In this document: positions 48,890 through 57,310 of the stretch, one piece after another | Layout of the letters: each line of letters begins with the position of its first letter | How positions within the stretch are numbered: the first letter of the stretch is position 1 | Assembly: GCA_051251855.1 (NCBI GenBank) | Contig: JBPOGI010000001.1 | Coordinates: 1 to 64,000, forward strand | Length of the DNA: 64,000 nt | Origin: Roseibacillus sp. | GTDB lineage: Bacteria; Verrucomicrobiota; Verrucomicrobiia; Verrucomicrobiales; Akkermansiaceae | Direction: 5' to 3' | Notes under the pieces: generated by a model | Seen by the model: only the letters and a program-made list of their open reading frames with translations | Databases searched by the model: none | Told to the model about the DNA's origin: nothing | Made by a program: the position numbers and the translations under genes

Positions 48890-49789
48890 ATGAACGTTCA
48901 TCATCTGGAGCTTTTTTACTACGTGGCCAAGTATGAGGGAATCACGGCGGCGGTGAGGAAGATGCCGTATGGAATTCAGCAGCCGGCGGTGAGTGGTCAG
49001 ATTTTGCAGTTGGAGAAGGAGCTGGGGGTGAAGCTGTTTAATCGGAGACCCTTCGCGCTTACTCCGGAGGGAGAGAGTTTGTATGACTTTGCCTACCCGT
49101 TCTTTTCGCGATTGGATGAAGTGGAAGAGCAGTTGAAGGGGGAGCAGAGCCGGCACTTGCGAATTGCGGCGTCGGCGTCGGTATTGCGGAACCATTTGCC
49201 AGACCTGTTAGGGGAGCTTCGAGCTGAAATGCCGGGGATGAAGTTGACGCTGTTAGAAGCGGAGCCGACGGATGTGCATGGACTGATTACGAATCAGAAG
49301 GTGGATATCGCTGTGACCGTTTTACATGGGCGTTTGGCTGAGGGGTTACGTCATGCTGAGCTGTTACGGGTGCCGTTGGCGTTTCATCTGCCTAGCTCGG
49401 TGAAAGGGAAGGATTTGGAGTCGCTGTTAGAGGACGATGATTGGAAGAAGGGTAAGGTGGGTAAGCATACTCTCATTGGTTTGCCGCCGCATGAGCTGTT
49501 GAGCAAAATGATGCAGGAGGAGTTTGATGCCAGGAGTATCGATTGGCCGGTAACTGTGGAGGTGAGCTCTCTGGATACCGTGATGGATTATGTGGGGCGA
49601 GACTTTGGGGTGGGGATCGGGGTGTCGGTTCCGGGGCAGAAGATTCCGAAAGGGGTGAAGTCTCTCACCTTGCCTGAGTTTCAGCCCATGGTGGTAGGGG
49701 CGTTGTGGCAGGGGCAGTTGAAGCCGGTGGCGGCGACGTTTTTGGAGAGGGCGAAGGTCAAGGCTGCGGAGTTGGCACAGCGGGTGTGA
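48890..49789 (+). CDS. LysR-family transcriptional regulator
   Basis: HHLELFYYVAKYEGITAA...QQPAVSGQILQLE..LFNR. Confidence 0.9.
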   Translation: MNVHHLELFYYVAKYEGITAAVRKMPYGIQQPAVSGQILQLEKELGVKLFNRRPFALTPEGESLYDFAYPFFSRLDEVEEQLKGEQSRHLRIAASASVLRNHLPDLLGELRAEMPGMKLTLLEAEPTDVHGLITNQKVDIAVTVLHGRLAEGLRHAELLRVPLAFHLPSSVKGKDLESLLEDDDWKKGKVGKHTLIGLPPHELLSKMMQEEFDARSIDWPVTVEVSSLDTVMDYVGRDFGVGIGVSVPGQKIPKGVKSLTLPEFQPMVVGALWQGQLKPVAATFLERAKVKAAELAQRV

Positions 49790-49792
49790 TGC

Positions 49793-49855
49793 TGGAGCGG
49801 CGGCTTTTATTGCCGCCGAAACTTCTAGCAGGCGGCAATAAAGGCCGCCTCTCCA
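49793..49855. repeat. GGAG-type REP doublet (family B)
   Basis: tggagcggcggcttttattgccgcc ... ggcggcaataaaggccgcctctcca between convergent genes; related to 56071-56149. Confidence 0.7.
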
Positions 49856-49865
49856 TTGTTTTCCG

Positions 49866-51590
49866 TTAGCCTTTGATCTCCATCAACATTTGAGCGTTGT
49901 TGGGGAACTTCTTCAGGAAGAAGAGGAGGCGTTCCATGGCCTCGATGGGGCGATGCCCGGCGAGTCCGCGTCGGATGAGGTTGATCTTGTTGAGAGTGTG
50001 CTCAGGGAGGAGCAGTTCTTCACGACGGGTGCCTGATTTGAAGAGGTCGACGGCGGGGTAGACAAAATGTTCTGCGATCCGGCGATCGAGAACGAGCTCC
50101 ATGTTACCGGTGCCTTTGAATTCCATGAAGATGGCTTCGTCGGCTTTGGAGTTTGTCTGGATGAGAGCGGTGCCGAGGATGGTGAGGGAGCCGGCTTCGC
50201 GTGTGTTGCGAGCGGCAGCGAAGAGACGGCGGGGTTCTTCGAGAGCTCCGGCCATGATGCCTCCTGATTGAATACCGCGACCACGGCCTTTTTTACTGCC
50301 TCCCATAGTGTTGTTATAGGCTCGGGCGAGACGGGTGATGGAGTCCATCACGAGAAAGACATGTTGCCCTGCTTCGACAAGACGCTTGGCGCGTTCGATA
50401 CAAAGCTCGGCGAGGCGGCAATGATTGCGCGCGGGCTCGTCGTTGGAAGAGGCATAGATTTCTGCGTCAGGGAGCTGGCGGCGGAATTCGGTGACCTCTT
50501 CGGGGCGCTCGTCGACGAGACAGACCATGAGGTGCATGGTCTCGGAGTGAAGCTCTTGCACAGCTTCAGCGATGTGAAGAAGGAGAGTGGTTTTTCCTGC
50601 GCGAGGAGGGGAGACGATGAGGCCTCGCTGACCACGGCCTACGGGCGCGAGGATGTCGAGGACGCGGGTGGTGAAGCGTTCTGGGGTGGTTTCGAGACCG
50701 ATGCGCTTGTCCGGGAAAACAGCTTTCAGTTCGTCGAAATGAGGATAAGACTTTGCTTCCTCTGGAGAGGCACCGTTGATGTTGTCGATGCTGACTAATT
50801 GTGGTCCACGAGGGCCTTTCTGGGCCTTGCCGGTGAGTACTTGGCCCGCTCGGAGGGCGTGCTCTTGAATGAGATCGGGAGAGATAAAGACGTCGCTCTT
50901 GGATTGCTCGTAGTTGCCCTCGGGTTCGCGGAGGAAGCCGAAGCCTTTGGGAGTGGTTTCTAAGAGGCCGGAGACTTCATAGGGCTCTCCTTGAAACTTG
51001 GAGCCTCTGTTTCCGCTTTCTTCGTCGCGGTGTTTGGGATTGCGGCGGTCTCCTTGGCGACGGTCGTCGTTGCCTTGAGTCCCTTTTCCCACGGGACCGC
51101 CTTTGACGCGACCCATGGGGCGTCCGTTGCGACGGGGGATGTTCTCTCGGTTTTCGGAGGGAGGAGTTTCTTCAACGACTTCGAGGGTGGGCTCTTCCTT
51201 CTCCTTAACGGGCTTCATTCCTTCGGGAACGGCAAGAATCTTGCGAGCGGCAGCCTTTTTAGCGGGCTTTTTGACCAGTTTCTTAGGAGCAGGTTTGGAA
51301 GCTGATTCGGGTCGAGAGGGCTTCTTTGCCTTGGGCTGGGCTTGGACTTCTTTCTTTGGCGCAGCTTGTTCTGGAGCAGGTGCTTCGACCTCGGGCTTGG
51401 CGATGGTCTTTTTCTTGGCGGCCGCTTTTTTAGTAGCCGCTTTTTTGGCGGTCTTTTTGGTCGCTTTTTTTGCCGTTTTCTTGGCAGCTGCTTTTACCGC
51501 TTTCTTACCGGGAGTCTTCTTCTTTGGGGGAGAAGGAGTGTCTGCAGATTCGAATTCGGTCTGGATAAGGTCGCTTGGTTCGTCGGCCAT
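49866..51590 (-). CDS. rho: Transcription termination factor Rho with long basic N-terminal extension
   Basis: GFGFLR, GRGQRGLIVSPPRAGKTT, DERPEEVT, DSITRLARAYN, EFKGTGNMEL, SGTRREELL. Confidence 0.97.
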   Translation of the reverse strand: MADEPSDLIQTEFESADTPSPPKKKTPGKKAVKAAAKKTAKKATKKTAKKAATKKAAAKKKTIAKPEVEAPAPEQAAPKKEVQAQPKAKKPSRPESASKPAPKKLVKKPAKKAAARKILAVPEGMKPVKEKEEPTLEVVEETPPSENRENIPRRNGRPMGRVKGGPVGKGTQGNDDRRQGDRRNPKHRDEESGNRGSKFQGEPYEVSGLLETTPKGFGFLREPEGNYEQSKSDVFISPDLIQEHALRAGQVLTGKAQKGPRGPQLVSIDNINGASPEEAKSYPHFDELKAVFPDKRIGLETTPERFTTRVLDILAPVGRGQRGLIVSPPRAGKTTLLLHIAEAVQELHSETMHLMVCLVDERPEEVTEFRRQLPDAEIYASSNDEPARNHCRLAELCIERAKRLVEAGQHVFLVMDSITRLARAYNNTMGGSKKGRGRGIQSGGIMAGALEEPRRLFAAARNTREAGSLTILGTALIQTNSKADEAIFMEFKGTGNMELVLDRRIAEHFVYPAVDLFKSGTRREELLLPEHTLNKINLIRRGLAGHRPIEAMERLLFFLKKFPNNAQMLMEIKG

Positions 51591-51909
51591 AGTGTCAATC
51601 AGTAGAGAATAGTTTTCAGTGAGCTGCTGACCTATTGGCCAAGCTCTGAAGAGAGGGAAGGGGTTGCAGGCCGAAGCCGCAGGGTGCGTTCATAGAAACG
51701 AAAGAGAAATGAGGTCCAATAAAAGTTCGAACAGAGGACCGTGGCCGCGAGATGGGCTACTGGACTTAATTGAACGGGGAAGATTGGCAAAATCGAATGC
51801 CAATTCCCTCGGACAGATGAAGACTGCGCGATAATGGAGGAGGTGTCGAATCCTTTTTCGTGTCCTTCTTTTGACATGAAAAAGAGACGAATACGGTGTA
51901 GCTTCGCGC

Positions 51910-53358
51910 ATGAAGTTATTTTTTGCGTTTCTTTTCGCTTTGATGGCCGGTTTGGCGGGGGAAGAGGAGAAGACGAGTCACAACGCCTTGGGGCGCTCCG
52001 AGGAGGCGAGTTATGCGGGGAAAGTGGTGGTAATTAAAGTGGGAGAGAAGGATTTGATCAACAAGCAGGCCTTTAAATTCTTCCGGCGGACTTTGGAACG
52101 AGTGGAAGAGGAAAAGGCGAGAGCGGTCGTTTTTGAGCTCGATACTCCAGGAGGGATGGCCTTCGAGACCACAGACCTGATGATGAAAGATCTTTCGCAG
52201 ATTTCGGTGCCGTCTTATGCCTTTGTAAATGTGGAGGCGAGTTCGGCGGGAGCCTTCATTGCGGTGGCGACCGATACGATTTACATGGCTCCGCTTTCGA
52301 CGATTGGCTCAGCGGCTGTAGTGAATGGCACTGGTGCGGCGATTGAGGATACGATGCGAGCTAAGATTGAGGGGCATCTTGGTTCGGTGGTGCGTAATGT
52401 AGTGGAGGAGAAGGGGCACAATTACGAGGTCGTGGAGGCGATGATGTTGTTAAAGAAAAAGGTGCAGTTTGGTGATATTATTTCTGTGGGGAAGGGTGAG
52501 TTGTTGAATCTAACAGCTTTGGAGGCGACGAGTGACTTTGAAGGGAGGCCTCTCTTGGCGAAGGGAATTGCAGAGTCGATTGAGGATTTGTTGGCGCAAG
52601 AGGGAATCACGGGTGCGGAGGTAGTGGTTGCGGAAATGACAGGTTTTGAGAGGTTTGCCTATTGGATTGGAGCGGCGGGTGGCTTGCTGATTCTTGTCGG
52701 GTTGGGTGCAGGGTATTTGGAAATGAAGACGCCGGGCTTTGGATTGGGTGCTTTGGTGGCGATTATTGCCTTTTCGTTATTCTTCTTTGGAAACTACGTG
52801 GCAGGGAATTTGGCAGGTTATGAGACAGCTGCGATTTTTGTGGTGGGGGTGATCTTCATCTTGCTCGACGTCTTCTTGTTCCCCGGAACTTTTGTAATGG
52901 GAATTACGGGGATCTTCATGGTCTTGGGATCGCTTCTGTTTTCGATGGTGGATCGGTTCACTTGGCAGGATTGGAAGGCGGATGATATTGGGGTGGGAGC
53001 GTGGAATGTATTTTCTGGTCCGGCGACGGCGCTGGCAATTGGTCTTTTGGGGTCAATCGTATTGTTCGCGTTAGTGATGCGGTTTTTACCGAATCTGCCT
53101 TTCTTGGAGCGCTACTTTCTGCCTGCGACGGTTGATGGCGGTTCGGGTGTGCTAAAGGATGAGCCCGAGCATCAGTCGAGAGAAGGATGGACGGGAACTG
53201 CGGAGACGGATTTGCGGCCTTCAGGAAAAGCTACTTTTGACGGGAAGATTGTCGATGTGACTTCGGAGAGTAGCTTCGTGGCGGCGGGGGCGCACCTTCG
53301 GATTGTGAGCGAAGACGGAATGCGGGTAGTGGTGAAGGAGATCGAGGAAGTGACGTAG
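51910..53358 (+). CDS. nfeD: Long-form NfeD (YqeZ-like) membrane-bound ClpP-class protease
   Basis: ELDTPGG, ASSAGAFIA, LEMKTPGFG, C-terminal TDLRPSGKA OB domain. Confidence 0.88.
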   Translation: MKLFFAFLFALMAGLAGEEEKTSHNALGRSEEASYAGKVVVIKVGEKDLINKQAFKFFRRTLERVEEEKARAVVFELDTPGGMAFETTDLMMKDLSQISVPSYAFVNVEASSAGAFIAVATDTIYMAPLSTIGSAAVVNGTGAAIEDTMRAKIEGHLGSVVRNVVEEKGHNYEVVEAMMLLKKKVQFGDIISVGKGELLNLTALEATSDFEGRPLLAKGIAESIEDLLAQEGITGAEVVVAEMTGFERFAYWIGAAGGLLILVGLGAGYLEMKTPGFGLGALVAIIAFSLFFFGNYVAGNLAGYETAAIFVVGVIFILLDVFLFPGTFVMGITGIFMVLGSLLFSMVDRFTWQDWKADDIGVGAWNVFSGPATALAIGLLGSIVLFALVMRFLPNLPFLERYFLPATVDGGSGVLKDEPEHQSREGWTGTAETDLRPSGKATFDGKIVDVTSESSFVAAGAHLRIVSEDGMRVVVKEIEEVT

Positions 53359-53426
53359 CTTTCTGTTCTTTGACGCAGAGGACGAAGATTTTTTGCGGCT
53401 AGAAGACTTGGCTCTGACTTTGAGTG

Positions 53427-54830
53427 TCAGGGTTTGGGTAGAGCAAGGAAGTTGGCGGCGTTTTGGTAACAGAGGCGGGTAATGAGGGACTCGAGGAGGG
53501 CGGGGTCGTTGGGGATATCTCCGGCTTCGGCCTCGGTGCCTATCAAGTTACAGAGGATACGACGGAAGTACTCGTGGCGTGGATAGGATAGGAAGCTACG
53601 GCTGTCGGTGAGGAAGCCGACGAAGTGCGAGAGCAGTCCCATGGAAGAGACCGCGTCGAGGTGCTCGAGGATGCCTTGTTTGGTGTCGTTGAACCACCAG
53701 GCGGCACCGAGTTGGACTTTGCCGGGGACAGGAGCTTCGCAGAAGGAACCGACGATGTTAGCGAAGAAGGAGTTCTCGCGCGGGTTGAGGGTGTAGAGAA
53801 TCGTTTTAGGGAGCTTTTGCTCGCGGTTGAGGAGATCGAGGAATTCGACGATGCCTCCTTGCGAGTCGTCCCCCATGGTGTCGAAGCCGCTGTCAGGGCC
53901 GAGTTGTTCGAAAAGACGGGTGTTGGGATTTCGCAGGGGATTGAGGTGAAGCTGCATGGTCCAATTGCGTTCTGCATTCCAGCGGGCGGCATTTTGCATG
54001 ATGAGAGCGGTGAAGGCGGCGTGCTCTTTACGAGATGCTGGTTTTCCCGAGAGAGTGTTGGAAAGAATGCGGTCTGCCTCTTTAAGTGTGCAGGGATTGC
54101 CATGAAGAGAGCTTAGGCCGTGGTCTGAGATACGACAGTTGAGATGGTGGAAGTCGTCGTGACGTTCCTTAAGGGCGTCGAGAAGTTGTTGTGTGGTGGT
54201 TACGGTCTTGCCGACGACTTTGTTGAGGTCCTGGAGCCACTCTTGGAAGAAGGCGGGGCGATTGACGGCGAGCGCTTTGTCCGGGCGGAAGGTGGGGTAG
54301 ATTTTGGTGGGGTGGTCGCTGGCGTTGTGAGCGGCGTGATGTTCGAGGGAGTCGTTGGCGTCGTCGGTGGTGCCGACCGCAGCGACATTGAATTTTTTCA
54401 GAAGTCCTTGCGCGGAAAATTCGGGATCCTGGAGGCGTTCGTTGGCGCTGTCCCAAATCTCGTCGGCGGTCTTGGGGGAGAGAAGGGTATCGATGCCGAA
54501 GGCACGGCGGAGTTCGAGATGAGTCCAGTCGTAGAGAGGGTTGCGCAGGGTGTTGGGGACGGTGGCGGCCCAGGCGTCGAACTTTTCGCGGTCGCTGGCG
54601 TTGCCGGTGATGTGGCTCTCCGGGATACCGTTGGCCCGCATCGCGCGCCACTTATAGTGGTCGTGCTTGAGCCAAATTTCGGTGATGTTTTCCCAGCGAT
54701 GGTTGAGGTGTATCTCGTTGGGGGGGAGATGAGTATGATAGTCGAGGATGGGCTGTTTAGCGGCGATGTTATGGTAAAGATCGCGTGCGGTTTCGTTGCT
54801 GAGGAGAAAATTGTCGTCGAGATAAGGCAT
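53427..54830 (-). CDS. uxaC: Glucuronate (uronate) isomerase
   Basis: DYHTHL, DHYKWRAMRANG, GAAWWFND, TDSRSFLSYPRHEYFRR. Confidence 0.96.
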   Translation of the reverse strand: MPYLDDNFLLSNETARDLYHNIAAKQPILDYHTHLPPNEIHLNHRWENITEIWLKHDHYKWRAMRANGIPESHITGNASDREKFDAWAATVPNTLRNPLYDWTHLELRRAFGIDTLLSPKTADEIWDSANERLQDPEFSAQGLLKKFNVAAVGTTDDANDSLEHHAAHNASDHPTKIYPTFRPDKALAVNRPAFFQEWLQDLNKVVGKTVTTTQQLLDALKERHDDFHHLNCRISDHGLSSLHGNPCTLKEADRILSNTLSGKPASRKEHAAFTALIMQNAARWNAERNWTMQLHLNPLRNPNTRLFEQLGPDSGFDTMGDDSQGGIVEFLDLLNREQKLPKTILYTLNPRENSFFANIVGSFCEAPVPGKVQLGAAWWFNDTKQGILEHLDAVSSMGLLSHFVGFLTDSRSFLSYPRHEYFRRILCNLIGTEAEAGDIPNDPALLESLITRLCYQNAANFLALPKP

Positions 54831-55009
54831 GACGTGGGAGAGAAGAAGGTTTTGAGAAGGGAGTGACAAGTTTTTGCAGGAAAAAAGGCCAGATTGACCC
54901 GACAAAAGGTCTTTAAGATGTGACATTTTGTCTGCTGCTAGTCACCGGTTTGGTCGAGATATGACGAATGAGGCTTCATAATCGTGATAGAATCGTTCTT
55001 TTTGTCAGT

Positions 55010-55028
55010 AATTAGAATAATTCTAATT
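55010..55028. promoter_or_regulatory. PerR/Irr-type (Fur family) operator candidate
   Basis: Perfect 9-1-9 palindrome AATTAGAAT-A-ATTCTAATT. Confidence 0.6.
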
Positions 55029-55168
55029 CCAAACTTGAACTTGGAATGAGAATTGCAAGAATAGGCCCAACAAAAAAACGATTTGTCATCAAATCAGGGA
55101 ATAAAAGGCATTCGATAAGAGTCCAATCCCATATGAACGATGGCATTTTTCAGAGAAAAAAAGATCTT

Positions 55169-56011
55169 ATGTCTAATTACGATTCCGATAGCAGCCTCCG
55201 CGTTTACATGCGGGAGATTTCGAAGACGCCCCTTTTAACCCCTGCAGAAGAGGTTGAATTGGCCGAACGCATTAAGAACGGCGACAAAGCAGCCCGCACT
55301 CACATGATCAAAGCAAACCTCCGATTGGTGGTGAAGATTGCGCAGGATTATTCGGGTTATGGACTTCCGCTCTCCGACCTTATTTCCGAAGGAAATATTG
55401 GTCTCATGAAAGCAGTGGAGCGTTTCGACCCGAACAAAGGTGGCAAATTAAGTACTTACGGTTCGTGGTGGATCAAGCAGTCCATTAAGCGGGCTTTGGC
55501 AAACCAGAGTAAGACGATTCGTCTCCCGGTCCATATGGTGGACAAGATTGCTCGTATGCGCCGGATTTCTTCCATGCTTGCTGAGTCTCTTGGCCGCGAG
55601 CCTACCGATGAGGAATTGGGGGAAGAGTTGGGCTTGCCCGCTCGCAAGTTGGCAATGCTCAAGCGAGCTTCTCAGCGCCCGACCTCTCTTGATGAGCCCT
55701 TTGGCGACGAAGATAGCGGCAGCTACAGTGAGGTGATTGGTGACGAAAAAGCGGTGAGTCCCTTCGATGCTCTTGCTGATAAGAACATGCACGGCCATCT
55801 GGATGACTTGCTGGAAGTTCTGGACGAGCGGGAATCGAAGATTATTGATGCGCGCTTCGGATTGAATGGCCGGACACCGATGACTCTTGAAGAAGTCGGA
55901 CGTGAGTTCGGTGTGACCCGTGAGCGGATTCGCCAGCTGCAGAATGTAGCTCTGGAGAAGATGCGTCGCTCTTTGAGCAAGAAAGAGAATCCTCTTCCCA
56001 AGGCTGTCTAG
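55169..56011 (+). CDS. Sigma70-family factor, RpoD/RpoS-like, lacking region 1.1
   Basis: YMREISKTPLL, ANLRLVVKIA, DLISEGNIGLMKAVERFD, TIRLPVHM, VTRERIRQ. Confidence 0.93.
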   Translation: MSNYDSDSSLRVYMREISKTPLLTPAEEVELAERIKNGDKAARTHMIKANLRLVVKIAQDYSGYGLPLSDLISEGNIGLMKAVERFDPNKGGKLSTYGSWWIKQSIKRALANQSKTIRLPVHMVDKIARMRRISSMLAESLGREPTDEELGEELGLPARKLAMLKRASQRPTSLDEPFGDEDSGSYSEVIGDEKAVSPFDALADKNMHGHLDDLLEVLDERESKIIDARFGLNGRTPMTLEEVGREFGVTRERIRQLQNVALEKMRRSLSKKENPLPKAV

Positions 56012-56038
56012 GGGCTGCCTGAAATCAAACATTTGTAG

Positions 56039-56067
56039 AAAGAGCGGTCTTCGGACCGCTCTTTTTT
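56039..56067 (+). terminator. Rho-independent terminator after the sigma factor
   Basis: aaagagcggtc-TTCG-gaccgctcttt + T run. Confidence 0.85.
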
Positions 56068-56070
56068 GCT

Positions 56071-56149
56071 TGGAGGGGCGGCTTCTACTGCCGCCCTTAA
56101 TCAATGGCGACGATTTGGTTCACAAGCGGCAATAAAGGCCGTCTTTCCA
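56071..56149. repeat. GGAG-type REP doublet (family B), degenerate
   Basis: tggaggggcggcttctactgccgc ... gcggcaataaaggccgtctttcca. Confidence 0.65.
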
Positions 56150-56154
56150 TAGAG

Positions 56155-57237
56155 TTAGCTCTGAAACTTGGGAAGCTCTGCGTCTAGGGCAACGAAGAGT
56201 TCCTTCATCGTTTCGACGGTTTCGTTGCCCATGTTGGAGATACGGAAGGTGGTGCCTTTGATCTTGCCGTAGCCGCCGTTGATGAGGAAGCCGTGGTTGT
56301 TGCGAACTGCTTTGATCCAACCAGAGAGGTCGAGATTGTCGGGAGTCTTGAAGCAGCCGAGGCTCTTGGACTGGAAACCTTCTGGAGCGAGGTTTTCGAA
56401 GCCGTGTCCGGCGGCCCATTCTTGCAAGAGGGCATTGGTTTCCTCGTGACGTTGGTAGCGGTTGGAAAGTCCTTCGGCGAGCATGTGGTCGACGCGCTCT
56501 TTCAAGGCGTAGATATGGGGAATGGCTGGGGTGGAAGGGGTGTTGTTTTTTTCGTGGTTCTTCTGGAATTCCACGAAATCGAAGTAGTAACCGCGGTCAG
56601 GGGTGGACTTGGCTCGTTCCATGGCGCGCTCGCTGGCGATGAAGAGAGAAAGACCGGGAGGAAGGGCGAGAGCCTTTTGAACTCCGCAAAGAAGGACATC
56701 GATTCCGAGCTCGTCGAAAGGGGTGGGAACGGCGGAAAAGGAAGAGACGGTGTCGACGATGAGAAGGACGTCGTCAAACTCGCGCACGACAGCGGCGATT
56801 TCTTTGAGCGGATTGAGGACGCCGGTGGAGGTCTCGTTATGAACGAGAGTGACGGTGTCGAACCCTCCTTGGGCGAGCTTGGCGCGCACCGCTTCGGGGT
56901 CGATGGGCTGGCCCCACTCGACTTGGATTTTCTCGGCTTCTTTGCCGCAGCTTTGAGCGACGCCATACCACTTGTCGGAGAATGCGCCGCAACAGAGATT
57001 GAGGACCTTCTTTTGGGTGAGGTTGCGCAGGGCGCCTTCCATGATACCCCAAGCAGAGGAGGTGTTAAGAAAGACACCGCGTGAAGTGCCGGCGATTTCT
57101 TGCAGGCCGGGTTGCACAGATGAGTAGAGTTCTTCGAAGTCAGCGCCGCGGTGACCGATGGTCGGTCCGCACATTGCGGCGTAGGTTTCGGGAGCGACAT
57201 CGACAGGTCCGGGTGAGAAAAGCTTTGGTTTGGCCAT
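56155..57237 (-). CDS. Class V PLP aminotransferase (alanine--glyoxylate/serine--pyruvate family)
   Basis: LFSPGP, VHNETSTG, VDTVSS, GVQKALALPPG, FRISNMG. Confidence 0.9.
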   Translation of the reverse strand: MAKPKLFSPGPVDVAPETYAAMCGPTIGHRGADFEELYSSVQPGLQEIAGTSRGVFLNTSSAWGIMEGALRNLTQKKVLNLCCGAFSDKWYGVAQSCGKEAEKIQVEWGQPIDPEAVRAKLAQGGFDTVTLVHNETSTGVLNPLKEIAAVVREFDDVLLIVDTVSSFSAVPTPFDELGIDVLLCGVQKALALPPGLSLFIASERAMERAKSTPDRGYYFDFVEFQKNHEKNNTPSTPAIPHIYALKERVDHMLAEGLSNRYQRHEETNALLQEWAAGHGFENLAPEGFQSKSLGCFKTPDNLDLSGWIKAVRNNHGFLINGGYGKIKGTTFRISNMGNETVETMKELFVALDAELPKFQS

Positions 57238-57310
57238 GCGAGGGCAATGTGAAACATCCCTTGTTTGTGTCGAGCGTTTTTTGGGGGATTCGGAGAGTGG
57301 CTGGGTGCGG

